From the NCBI GenBank assembly GCA_965261595.1, contig CBDHDG010000006.1, positions 1,120,001-1,184,000 of the forward strand: a DNA stretch of 64,000 nt. Reading direction: 5' to 3'. A model generated the notes under the pieces. That model was not told the origin of the DNA, did no database searches, and saw only the letters and a list, made by a program, of their open reading frames with translations. A program made the translations under genes and the position numbers. Shown piece after piece: positions 50,545 through 59,916 of this stretch (position 1 is its first letter; each line of letters starts with the position of its first letter). Source of the DNA: a bacterium (lineage in GTDB: Bacteria > UBA8248 > JACPRG01 > G963555815).

Positions 50545-51177
50545 ATGTCCCGGACGCGCCCAACAAAACCACCTCCTTCTTCCTCCTCCCGACCGACCCA
50601 CAAAAAGGGGCGGGACTTGACGGCGCTCGAGTCCGCCAAGGCGGACGCTTATCGTCTCATCGCCCGGCGAATGAGAACCCGCAAGGAGATTCAGACCCGG
50701 CTCCGACAACGGGGGCACCGGGAGGCGGTTGTCGAAGAAACCATCAAAAGCCTCCACGAGCTGGGCTACGTGGATGACGCCGCGTTCGCCCGAGAGTGGT
50801 GCCGGCGCCGGCTGGAGGACCGCCCGCTGGGCAGGCGGGGCCTGCTCCGGGAGCTCTCGGAGAAGGGCGTGCCGCGGGAAATCGCTGAGGGCGCCGTGAA
50901 TGAGGCGTTCGCGGGCGTGGAAGAAAGCCGACTGGCCGAGGGCTTGATCCGCCGACGCGCCGAAAATGGAATCGACCTCCGCTCCCCCAGGGACACCCGG
51001 CGGCTGAAGGGCTATCTTCTCCGCCGGGGGTTTTCCATCGAGAGCGTGAACGAAGCCCTCGCGGCCGCCGCGGGGACGCAAACTCGAGACCCGGCGGATC
51101 TGGAGGCCATGAGCCAGGACCCGCCATGGGACCCGCTGGAAGAAGAGATCGATGCCGATCGAGAAGGCGCGTCATGA
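50545..51177 (+). CDS. recX: Regulatory protein RecX
   Basis: RMRTRKEI..RL, GYVDDAAFA, ELSEKGV and YLLRRGFS motifs; follows recA. Confidence 0.93.
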   Translation: MSRTRPTKPPPSSSSRPTHKKGRDLTALESAKADAYRLIARRMRTRKEIQTRLRQRGHREAVVEETIKSLHELGYVDDAAFAREWCRRRLEDRPLGRRGLLRELSEKGVPREIAEGAVNEAFAGVEESRLAEGLIRRRAENGIDLRSPRDTRRLKGYLLRRGFSIESVNEALAAAAGTQTRDPADLEAMSQDPPWDPLEEEIDADREGAS

Positions 51178-51502
51178 GCGGATTTTCCGCTTTCGGGGCC
51201 GGCCGTTTTCCCGCGGCTTGGCCGCAATCGGGCTTTTCGCATTGGCGGCGGCCCTCTGGGCAGCGGCCGCTTTCGCTCAGGGATCGGGCTCGACGCCTCC
51301 CGCCAACGGCGTCCGCGATCCGCGAAATCTCGGAATTCTGACCCCGCGGGAATATCCCCTCGTCAAAAGAGACGTCCGGTCCGCTTCGGACATCGTCCGG
51401 CGGGCCGAATCTCTCGGAAGACATCTTGCAAATCCCGAGGCGCAGTCCAATGGATCGAATCCCCGCGGCCGAGACCGTCCGCCGGCCGGAGCGGACCGCT
51501 GA
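51152..51502 (+). CDS. Hypothetical exported protein
   Basis: Signal-peptide-like GLAAIGLFALAAALWAAAAFAQ. Start uncertain. Confidence 0.4.
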   Translation: MPIEKARHERIFRFRGRPFSRGLAAIGLFALAAALWAAAAFAQGSGSTPPANGVRDPRNLGILTPREYPLVKRDVRSASDIVRRAESLGRHLANPEAQSNGSNPRGRDRPPAGADR

Positions 51503-52026
51503 AGGAGGGGACGATTCTCCCCGGTCTTCCGTCTTCCCGGACGAGCCCGTTCCGCAAATCCTGGCCGAGCCCGGCTGGCAAATCTGGTTCCGGGCGGGCC
51601 GGCGCGTCCCCTCCGTCTGGGGGGCGGCCCCGTCGGGGATCTATGTGTTGGCGCTGGACCTCGAGAAGGACGCCGAGATTACGGTGGGCGCTCTCGGGGA
51701 AAGAAAGTTTCCCGCGGGGCGGCACTTACTTCTATACGGGACGGGCCATGCGGGGGCTCGAGGCTCGGCTTGCGCGTCACGTGCGCAGAACAAAAGACCG
51801 GCCCCGGTGGCACATCGACCACCTTCGCGCGCGGGCAAGGCTTCTGACCATCTCGGTTCTCCCGGCCGACGACCCTTCACTGGAGTGCCGGACCGCCGGC
51901 CGGCTGCTGGCCGCGGGAGGAAGGATCGAGGTTCCCGGCTTCGGCTCATCGGATTGCGCTTGTCCCGCGCATCTGTTTTCTATGCCCCGTAGTGGCCGCC
52001 TCGGGGCGATTTCCCCAGGAGAATGA
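51450..52026 (+). pseudogene. DUF123 (GIY-YIG-like) protein, frameshifted near 51720
   Basis: GIYVL...VGALG..FPAG lies in one frame; YFYTGRA..GL..RL.RH, WHIDHL and PGFGSSDC.C.AHL lie in the next. Confidence 0.82.
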
Positions 52027-52030
52027 ATCC

Positions 52031-53347
52031 ATGACCAGGTCGTTGGCGATACGCGGCGCCACGCTTGTGACGCTGGATCCAGAGATCGGGGTCGTCCCGG
52101 ACGGACTTCTCGTTCTGGAGGACGGCCGAATCCGCGAGGTCGGGGAGGATCCCGGCGCGGACCCGCGGGCCGATGACTTCATCGACGGACGCGGGCTCAT
52201 CGCCCTGCCCGGCTTTGTCAACGCCCACATGCACACCCGCCCCGTCCGCGCCCTCGGCGACGAGCTCCCCGTCCCCGAGTGGCACGCCCGGTACGCCGAC
52301 GGCGTCAGCGTCCTCATGGACGACGAGGACTCCCGCAAGGGCGCTCTGTTGGCCTTCTCGGAATGCCTCCTCGCGGGCTATACGTCGGCGCTGGCCATGC
52401 CGGTGAAGCCGCAGGGCTGTTTTCGCGGGGCGGTCGAGATCGGCATCCGGGCCGGGGTCGCCCCACACACGGCGGACCAGCCGCTGATCGAAGGGTCATG
52501 CGACACCATCGAGGACAACGCCCGACTGATCGAGACGTGCGGCGTCTCCGCGGACGAGCGGGTCCATTCGTGGCTGGGCTTCGACGTCCTGGCGGGTTGC
52601 AGCGACGGGATGATCCGCGGGATGCGACAGACCGCCGGCCGGTTCGGCGTCCGCGTGCACGGCCACATGAGCGAGCACCGGGGAGAGGTCGGCTACGCCC
52701 TCGAACGGTGGGGGAAAAGACCCCCCGCCGCCTTGGAAGACCTGGGCCTCCTCGGTCCCGATCTGGTCCTGGCCCACTGCGTCAAGACCGACCGGGACGA
52801 CATCGAGGCCCTTGCGCGCACGGACACGAAGGTCGTCCACAATCCCGTTTCGAACATGAAGTTCGGCAGCGGGGGCGCGCCGGTCGCGGCGATGCTGGAA
52901 GCGGGCGTCACCGTCGCCCTCGGCACGGACGGGATGCTCTCGACCTACCGTCTCGACCCCTTCGAGACCATGCGCCAGGCATTGAATCTCCAGCGGCTCC
53001 TGGCGGAGGACGCGACCGCCCTCCTGACAGAAAAGGCCCTGGAGATGACCACCCTCCAAGGGAATCGGGCGCTCGGCTTCGACGGGGGCAGGCTTCGCCC
53101 GGGCCTGAACGCCGATGTGGTTCTCATCGACTCCCGGCGGCTTCAATGGACGCCCCGGGCGCGGGGAACCCACGACAACCTGATCGCCCTGCTCGTTTGG
53201 TCGGCCTCCGCGGCGGACGTGGACACGGTGATCGTGGATGGAACGGTGGCTGTTCGGAACCACACCCTGACGCTCGTGGATGAAGAGGTCGTCCGCCGGG
53301 AGGCCCAGGAAGCCTCCGATCGCCTCCTGGAGCGGCTGATTGTCTGA
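52031..53347 (+). CDS. Amidohydrolase family (MTA/SAH deaminase-like)
   Basis: PGFVNAHMH, HGHMSE, LAHCV, HNPVSNMK and ALGTD motifs. Confidence 0.92.
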   Translation: MTRSLAIRGATLVTLDPEIGVVPDGLLVLEDGRIREVGEDPGADPRADDFIDGRGLIALPGFVNAHMHTRPVRALGDELPVPEWHARYADGVSVLMDDEDSRKGALLAFSECLLAGYTSALAMPVKPQGCFRGAVEIGIRAGVAPHTADQPLIEGSCDTIEDNARLIETCGVSADERVHSWLGFDVLAGCSDGMIRGMRQTAGRFGVRVHGHMSEHRGEVGYALERWGKRPPAALEDLGLLGPDLVLAHCVKTDRDDIEALARTDTKVVHNPVSNMKFGSGGAPVAAMLEAGVTVALGTDGMLSTYRLDPFETMRQALNLQRLLAEDATALLTEKALEMTTLQGNRALGFDGGRLRPGLNADVVLIDSRRLQWTPRARGTHDNLIALLVWSASAADVDTVIVDGTVAVRNHTLTLVDEEVVRREAQEASDRLLERLIV

Positions 53348-53562
53348 TCCCCTAACCTGGATTTCGGACAAAGAGGAGATGCCAGCCTTGTTTCATTCTG
53401 ACAACTTGTTTTTGATCAGCCGGTTGCCGGAAGCGAACAGAACGACAAGGCCGGAACACCGTGTCATTCACGGAAGTGCCACATTCAATCGCGGTGTAGC
53501 GTTGGAGGCGCTCAGAGGAACAGGTCTTGGATGACCCTTGGGAGGGTTCGGGGCGTCCCCGC

Positions 53563-54073
53563 TCATGGGGCCAGGAGGGCCTGAAGCTCGGAGGTCAGGG
53601 TCCGGGCGGAGGTCGGGCCAAAATGCTCCCCGGCCACAACTCCCAGCTTGTCTACGAGAACGAACTTGGGGACAAACCAGACGCGGTATGTATCCTTGGC
53701 CCAGGTGTGAGCGACTGAGATCCGAGCCGGGTCGATGATGACGACATTGGCCCGACCGCCGAAGCGCCTCCTGTGCTCAGACATGGGCTCAACAGAGCGC
53801 AGGCAGACGTTGCAGAGGTGGTCGATGAAGGATGAGGGTGGGCCAGCCCTCCCCCACGAGTTGCCGCAGGCGATAAGGGTCCTTCTCCTCGATGGCCACC
53901 AGACGGCGGGCCATCCCCTCCAGATCAAAAGAAGTCCGCTGACCATAGAGGGGCGCCGCGCCCATCGCCGCGCAAAAGGCCGCGAGGCCCAAACACCCCT
54001 TCAGGACCCCGCTCCATTCCCCGAAATGTCTTCTCACCCCCGGCGTCTCTCCTATCGCCTGCGGGCGCGTCAC
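53563..54073 (-). pseudogene. Exported thioredoxin-fold protein (CxxC), frameshifted near 53830
   Basis: ORF 53789..54073 (hydrophobic leader...GWPTLI) joins ORF 53563..53946 (SFIDHLCNVC...YRVWFVPKFVLVDK.G). Confidence 0.7.
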
Positions 54074-54995
54074 TTGCCCATCGGGGCGATCTCTACGATC
54101 GCCTTGAGGTCCGAGTCGATGGTGAAGCGGATGCGGTCCCCCGGCTGGAGACCCTTGAGGAGCCCAGCCGGTTTCACCGGATAGCCCATGATCATCGCGG
54201 CCATAAAGCCCGGGATCTCCTTGTGGTCCACGACGATCTGGCTCTTGCGCATGTCGGCCAGGATGACCTTCCCCTCGCCCCTGAAGGTGAGGGGGGTGAT
54301 CTTCACGATGGCTTTCCGGTCGGCATCGATGGTGAAGCGAATCCGGGCGCCCGCTTCGAGGCCCTTGAGGAGCTTGGCAGGCTTGACCGGATAGCCCATG
54401 ATCATCTCGGCCATGAAGCCCGGGATCTCTTTGTGGTCCACGACGATCTGGCTCTTGCGCATGTCCGCCAGGATCACCTTCCCCACGCCCTCGAAGAGGC
54501 GACCGGCGGCGGCCACCCGCTCTTCTTTGGGCTCCCCGCCCTTTCCGACGATAAACGTCCCCTCCATCCCCATCTTCTGGTGGGTGTGGACGTGGCAGTG
54601 AAACTCCAGCGTGATGTCCTCATCGGGGGTGATGAACCGGGCGGTCCGCACACCGGGGCCTCGGAACTCCAGCATGAACATGGGGTTGAGGCCGGGGATC
54701 ATGAGGGCGTGGCGGACGGCGTCCTTGTTCTCCAGGACAACCTCCACCTCCTCGCACCGGCCGAGGCGGATCTCCTTGGGCTCAAAACCGACGACCTCCC
54801 CCTCGCCCGCGAATTCAACCCCTCCCTTCACGTAAATCCGGCGGAAACCCCGGGGCTTCTCACAGGAGCGGGCCACGGGCCGATGCTCCTCCAGGAGCCG
54901 CTGCCGTTCCGTGACTTTTGGCGTCTCGTCTCCGGCGTTGTCGGAGCGATGCCCGCGCCTCTCGCCCGGGGCATTTCCCTCTCCTTTTTTGGGGG
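54070..54995 (-). CDS. Cupredoxin domain plus two CusF-like domains (probable C-terminal part of the multicopper oxidase gene)
   Basis: RHALM...FHCHVHTHQKMGM type-1 Cu motif, then 2x VDHKEIPGFMAxMIMGYPV. No convincing start codon of its own. Confidence 0.82.
54075..54495. repeat. Tandem 210-bp domain duplication (two CusF-like units)
   Basis: ggatagcccatgatcatc and ttgtggtccacgacgatctggctcttgcgcatgtc recur with a period of 210 nt. Confidence 0.9.
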
Positions 54996-56323
54996 TGAGA
55001 GCCGTGGGGCTTCGGTTTGGCCTCCTTGCCCCATCCTTTTTCGTGCTCGGCGAAGGTTGAGTGAAAGATGGACGGGTCAAAGACGGGGACCTTGCCTCGG
55101 TAGTAATCGGGGTCAAAGAAGCGGTCGAGAGACGTGGCGACAAGGGGCAGGCCGTCTGGACCGATGAACTTCTCATAGGCGATGATCGTCAGGTCCCCGC
55201 CCGGGGAGATCCCCTTGTTCGTCACCCTCTCCTCGGTATGGTCGTGCATCACCCAGACGCCGGGCCCCGAGGCATAGGTATCGTCGGGTGTGGTGCGCAA
55301 CTCTAAGTCTATCCGCTGCGCGGGGGATATGGTGAAGACATCTCGGGCGATCCGCGCGGACTCCGGCACGGGATAGCCGTCCACGTGGGTCAGGATGGGA
55401 TGGTGGCCGTGTGTGTGCAGGGCGATGGTCCGCGCCCCGGCGTTCAGGATGCGGAGCTTGACCCGCTCGTTCGGCTTCACCTTGATCAGGGTGTCCCGGA
55501 GGGTGAAGGGAAAGGAGCGGCCGTTGAGCATGAAGATGTTGGGCTGCCGCTTTGTCGAGTCATACTCCCGGTGCATCTTCTTCTCGATCTGCCGGGGGTC
55601 ATCGTACTTCGTGGGCATGTCGTTGAGGCGGTCGTCGATGTCCGTGTTGACCAGGGAGCACTCCCGGTCGTAGCGCTCCGCCTGGGCCTTGGCCAGATCC
55701 TTGATCTCTCCGGCGCCCACAATGAGGTGGCGGAAGTTGTCGTTGGGCCGGTTGGGCTCAATGATGAACATCCCGACCAGGCCCATCAGGACGTGGACGT
55801 CGGGCTGAACGTGGCAGTGGTACCAGTGGGTGCCGGGGTTCTTGGCGACGAAATCATAGGTGAACTGGTCGCCGGGTCTTACCGCCTCCTGCGTGATGGT
55901 GGGAACGCCGTCCATGGCGTTGGGGTGGATGGTCCCGTGAGGATGGATGGTGTGGGGGAAGTAGTGGGTGTTCCGCAGGTGGATCTTGATCCGGTCTCCC
56001 TGCTCGACCCGGATGGTCGGGCTGGGGAACCGGGCCGCAGAGACCATCCCCTTCCCTTCGGGGGCGAAGACCCAGAAGGTGACGAACTTGCCGGGATAGA
56101 CCTCCTCCTGGACCTCGATGACCTCCAGGTTGATGGTGACCTCGTCGGGGTCTCCGTCACCGTCCAGGTCGCGCCCGAGAACAACGGCCTCCTTCGACAT
56201 CCCCGGGATCGGGGGCTCGATAAAGGCTGGGAGATCCTTGGAAGCGCCCGCCGGAGCCGGGAAAAACAGAAACAATGACAAAGAAAACAAGACCGTCCAC
56301 AGCCACGTCCGCGGGAATCTCAC
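54860..56323 (-). CDS. Exported two-domain multicopper oxidase (frameshifted before its probable C-terminal domains)
   Basis: Domain 1 has HTIHPHG and YHCHVQPDVHVLMGL; domain 2 has LHTHGH and MHDH. Signal peptide and strong RBS precede GTG 56323. Confidence 0.9.
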   Translation of the reverse strand: MRFPRTWLWTVLFSLSLFLFFPAPAGASKDLPAFIEPPIPGMSKEAVVLGRDLDGDGDPDEVTINLEVIEVQEEVYPGKFVTFWVFAPEGKGMVSAARFPSPTIRVEQGDRIKIHLRNTHYFPHTIHPHGTIHPNAMDGVPTITQEAVRPGDQFTYDFVAKNPGTHWYHCHVQPDVHVLMGLVGMFIIEPNRPNDNFRHLIVGAGEIKDLAKAQAERYDRECSLVNTDIDDRLNDMPTKYDDPRQIEKKMHREYDSTKRQPNIFMLNGRSFPFTLRDTLIKVKPNERVKLRILNAGARTIALHTHGHHPILTHVDGYPVPESARIARDVFTISPAQRIDLELRTTPDDTYASGPGVWVMHDHTEERVTNKGISPGGDLTIIAYEKFIGPDGLPLVATSLDRFFDPDYYRGKVPVFDPSIFHSTFAEHEKGWGKEAKPKPHGSHPQKRRGKCPGREARASLRQRRRRDAKSHGTAAAPGGASARGPLL

Positions 56324-56420
56324 GGCCTCTCCCTCCTCCGCAACATTTCGCCCCTCCCCCAGGATTGCCCTCCTGGAAAAGCGCGTCGGGTCCGGTAGCC
56401 GTACCCCCCCCATATTTTTT

Positions 56421-56978
56421 CTATTTCACGGTTTCAATCGCGACGATCTTCTTTTTGGCGGCGTCAATCTTGAACTTGACCCGGTCGCCCGGCTTGAAGC
56501 CCTTCAGGAGGGCCTTGGACTCCACCGCGTATCCCATCCCCTCGTAAATGCCCTTAGTCGCCATCTCCATTTTCATCCCGGGTTTCATCTTCATGCCCGG
56601 CTTCATCTTCATCTGGGCTTTCATTTTCATCCGGCCTGGGGCCTTTGCGCTCATTTTGCCTGCCATGACCTCTGCGGCGTAGGCGTACCCTATGGCGGCC
56701 TTGGCCTTCGCGACGGCGCGGGCGTGGTCATAGGCCCCCTGGGGCTTTTTGTGGTTATGAATGCCGCTCGTCAGCAACATCTTCGCGTCATCGATGAGGG
56801 TGTGGTCAAGCTGCATGTTCCGCCCCATTGACATTTGTTTCATGGCCGCCGTGGCCTTTGCAATCGCCGCCTTCGCGTCTTTGAAACGGGCGGGGCACTC
56901 AAAGGCGATCGCTGTTGAAGCAAAACCGAACGCCAAAAACACTCCGACAACGATTCCTGCGATGATCCGGGTTTTTAT
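56421..56978 (-). pseudogene. Exported Met/Lys-rich copper-binding-like protein with internally deleted CusF domain and ATA at the expected start
   Basis: Signal peptide (I)KTRIIAG...TAIA, FECP...DH helical region and MKMKPG repeats. The CusF-like tail lacks the VDH...M segment. Confidence 0.65.
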
Positions 56979-57647
56979 TTTGTTTCCCCACTTGGTGTCA
57001 AAAGATTGTCGGGATGGAGCTTCTGGAGGGCCCCTGCCCTCTGAACAAGCGGCAGCGGTGTTTCGAAGCGCTACAGGAAGCCCACAATACCGTTGGAGGA
57101 GGTGGCGGTCTGAAGGAAAGGCGCTGCCGAGGCCGCTAATTAGATCAACCAGAGCCAGTCTATTTAATTCTCCCTGTCGAGATGGAAGACGAGGTGCACC
57201 CTCCACTTGTGCCTTCGTCTCCGGCTTCGTGGTAACCGGCAAAGGGTATTTCCAACGCGCCCAGCAACAGCAAGAACAGGAGAGCACCGAGAATGATCTT
57301 CATTCCAGACTTCCCCCAATTCGCGAATGTGGGCGAGCGGTGGACGCTCGTAGCAGCCCTTCTCGGCTGGTATGGGTCATCCTCGACGGTCGGAGGGTCG
57401 CGGCCCTTGGTCTTGAATCCTTTGCTTAACCGGAATTTCCCATATCAACTTGCTTGCGTGGTTTCCGGTCCCCTTTCCCGATGAAAACCATTTGATCCCC
57501 TTCCAATGGGCTTGTCAACAGCCTTCCAACCCTCCGTAACAGGGGGCTGACGGCCATCGGCTGGCCCAAAGGGCGGACCCTCGCCCTTCGGTCTCCTTTG
57601 TCCACTTTCATTCCGGCCTTCATCTTCATGGCCGGTTTCATTTTTTT

Positions 57648-58555
57648 CGGAATTATGTACTTGACGCAGACGACCACAACATGTAGATCGTCCCCGCGTC
57701 TCGGCTGACCACAAGATGTAGGGGCATGCTTCAACTCAAGTCATGGTGGAGTTGGATTCGCAATTATGCGCTTGACTCAACCGAAGAGGGATCATACAAT
57801 GACTGAATCATGCTCAATTGGCTTCGCAAAGTCGCCCTCTTTTTGGCGGGTGAATTACTGCGGAGCTGGATATGGCCCATTGCGGTCACGGCGGCTGGCG
57901 TCATGATCGGTTTTGCGCAACATATCCAGTTGTTCAACCTATATGTTGGAGCGGTCATTCTGTTTTCAGTTTCCTCTATGGGATTGTTGCGATTCAGCGA
58001 ATGGCGGTATCGTAATAGAGTTGCGGATATGCTTAACTTTCATAGTGTGAGAACTGACAGAATAATCGACAAAGCTGGTGTAGTAAAATCACTGCGGATT
58101 GGTGCTACGTTTAACAACAAAGCTCTTTTCCCGGTGACATTTGAGGTTGTAAATGTCGTCTCAACATTTGATAAGTTGTACCCGACAAAAGAGCCATATG
58201 CCAAGAATAGCTATACCATCCCTGCAGGAGGGATGGGGTGGTTTGACGATCACTACATATCCTATAGAGCAGAAGAGAAGCGGCGTTTTTGAGGGCGGTC
58301 TTGAATTTGAGTTTAAGTACGGAAGAAAAGGAAAAACCAACAACACATTGCATATAAACAAAAAGTTGTTTTTACACTTCAATGAAAAGGGCGATATTCA
58401 GCGCGTGGATTTTATCGATCAATGAAACCGAACGATCTGATAGAGCGCATCTTCTGGAAACGGATCGATGGAAGCATGCCCCTACATCTTGTGGTCAGCC
58501 GAGACGCGGGCGCGACCTACATGTTGTGGTCGTCTGTGTCAAGTATATAAATACG
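57648..58555. mobile_element. Non-autonomous IS1595-like cassette B (no transposase, cargo gene)
   Basis: 85-bp TIRs with 78/85 identity (57648-57732, 58471-58555). Perfect 8-bp TSD ATTTTTTT (57640-57647, 58556-58563). Low-GC interior. Confidence 0.92.
57810..58425 (+). pseudogene. Cassette B cargo: membrane-anchored hypothetical protein, apparently frameshifted near 58270
   Basis: ORF 57810..58292 (two TM helices plus a beta-rich region) continues plausibly in ORF 58153..58425 (GVFEGGLEFEFKYG...). Confidence 0.6.
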
Positions 58556-58564
58556 ATTTTTTTA

Positions 58565-59464
58565 GGTGATTGTAAAAGATATGACACCGGATTAGGCTGG
58601 TGTCGTGGACCTGAAGAGCTTTGAAGTCCTTGTAAAATCGGAAGCTACAGCGAGACGCCATCTGCTCATGGCGTGTCAGAAAAACGGGCGTAAAATCTGC
58701 CCTCGTTGTGAGGGTCGAAAACGCTACGTTTTGGGCACGCGGGGGCGCTTTCGCTGCGCTGGGTGTCGGTACACCTTCGGGCCGTTCACGGGCCGCTGGC
58801 TGGGCCAACTTCGCCTCTCGGCCCGGCAGTGGCTTTGGGTGGTGAAGCTCTTTGAGCTGGAGGTCTCGGCCCGCAAGATGGCCCAGCAACTCGCCGTGAG
58901 CTATCCGACAGCGCTGCGGGCCGTGACGACGCTCAGGCGCAGTCTTGTGGCCGGCACGCCGGGGGGACAGGAGCTTCTTCGAGGGGAGGTGGAGGCGGAC
59001 GAGGCCTACTTCGGGGGCAAGCGCAAGGGCAAGAGAGGCCGAGGCGCAGCGGGTAAAGTCCCTGTTTTCGGCATATTGGAGCGGGGCGGCCGGGTGAAGG
59101 TGGAGGCGGTCGGCAACGTCAAGGCCCAGACCCTTTTGGCCTCCACCGTGAAGTTGGTCCGTCGGGGCAGCGTGGTCTACACCGACCGCTACCGGGTCTA
59201 TGACGCCCTGATGTTCTGCGGCTATCGCCACTTGCGGGTGGATCATGATCGGCGCTTCAGTCGGGGCAAAGTGCACATCAACGGCCTGGAAGGCTTTTGG
59301 GCCTACGCCAAGGAGAGGCTCATCAAACATCATGGGGTGTCCAAAGAGCGGTTCCCCCTCTACCTGAAGGAGATGGAATTCCGTTACAATCACCGACACC
59401 AGGATCTCTTTCCCCTGGTGGTACAACATCTCACTCAATTGGTGTCAAAACCTTTATAATCCCC
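58565..59464 (+). mobile_element. IS1595-family insertion sequence
   Basis: 24-bp imperfect IRs ggtgattgtaaaagatatgacacc / ggtgtcaaaacctttataatcccc. Near-perfect 8-bp TSD TTTTTTTA/TTCTTTTA. Confidence 0.92.
58605..59459 (+). CDS. IS1595-family transposase
   Basis: CPRC...CAGC, EADEAYFGG, YTD, HINGLEGFW and YLKEMEFRYN motifs. Confidence 0.95.
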   Translation: MDLKSFEVLVKSEATARRHLLMACQKNGRKICPRCEGRKRYVLGTRGRFRCAGCRYTFGPFTGRWLGQLRLSARQWLWVVKLFELEVSARKMAQQLAVSYPTALRAVTTLRRSLVAGTPGGQELLRGEVEADEAYFGGKRKGKRGRGAAGKVPVFGILERGGRVKVEAVGNVKAQTLLASTVKLVRRGSVVYTDRYRVYDALMFCGYRHLRVDHDRRFSRGKVHINGLEGFWAYAKERLIKHHGVSKERFPLYLKEMEFRYNHRHQDLFPLVVQHLTQLVSKPL

Positions 59465-59916
59465 TTCTTTTATTTGGGCTTATGCAGAGGGCACAACGCC
59501 GAAAACCAAAAACACTCCGACAACCAAACCCGTTGCTTAGCCGTGTTTCATTTCGCTTCTCCCCTGACGGCTGATGAACCACAAATCGGGCGCGCCGCGC
59601 GCACCACAACCCGCGTTCGCCCGGCGGAGTCGGCCGCATCTCCCACGAGCGCGAACGGCATGGCCCCGCAAACGACCGAGGTCACGGCGTTCCGAACGTC
59701 CAACAACTTACCGGACGCAAGACTCGCCATCGGATTCAGCCAATCCCCGCGTCGTCACTCGTCTTGAGCAAGAGAGCGACACCCCCCGGGCATTCCTGCG
59801 CCGCCGTTCGGCCGATCTTTTCCCCCTTATTATTTAACCTCTACCGGGAGTAAGAATTTCCAGACCCACATGCGGCGCAGGAAGTCCTTGTCCGCACCTT
59901 TGAAGGAACCCGGTTC

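Larger units (their letters stand above)
57595..59551 (-). pseudogene. Degenerate paralog of the Met-rich protein, split by cassette B and IS1595
   Basis: The 5' remnant (59473-59551) shares ccaaaaacactccgacaac with 56933-56951. The 3' remnant reads KKMKPAMKMKAGMK at 57595-57647. Confidence 0.6.

Noticed and set aside
49227..50639. 470-aa minus-strand ORF
   Set aside because: Antisense shadow of recA.
54984..54995. Programmed -1 frameshift at A-AAA-AAG joining the MCO to its C-terminal domains
   Set aside because: The downstream ORF is in the +1 frame, so a -1 shift would not reach it.
54860..56323. Copper nitrite reductase NirK
   Set aside because: Both domains keep HxH pairs (HPH/HCH and HTH/HDH), as needed for a trinuclear cluster. 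This fits a two-domain multicopper oxidase rather than the NirK type-2 site.
59560..59770. Possible riboswitch or small gene upstream of the copper locus
   Set aside because: No complete match to a riboswitch consensus that I can verify by eye, and the ORFs lack RBS or motif support.
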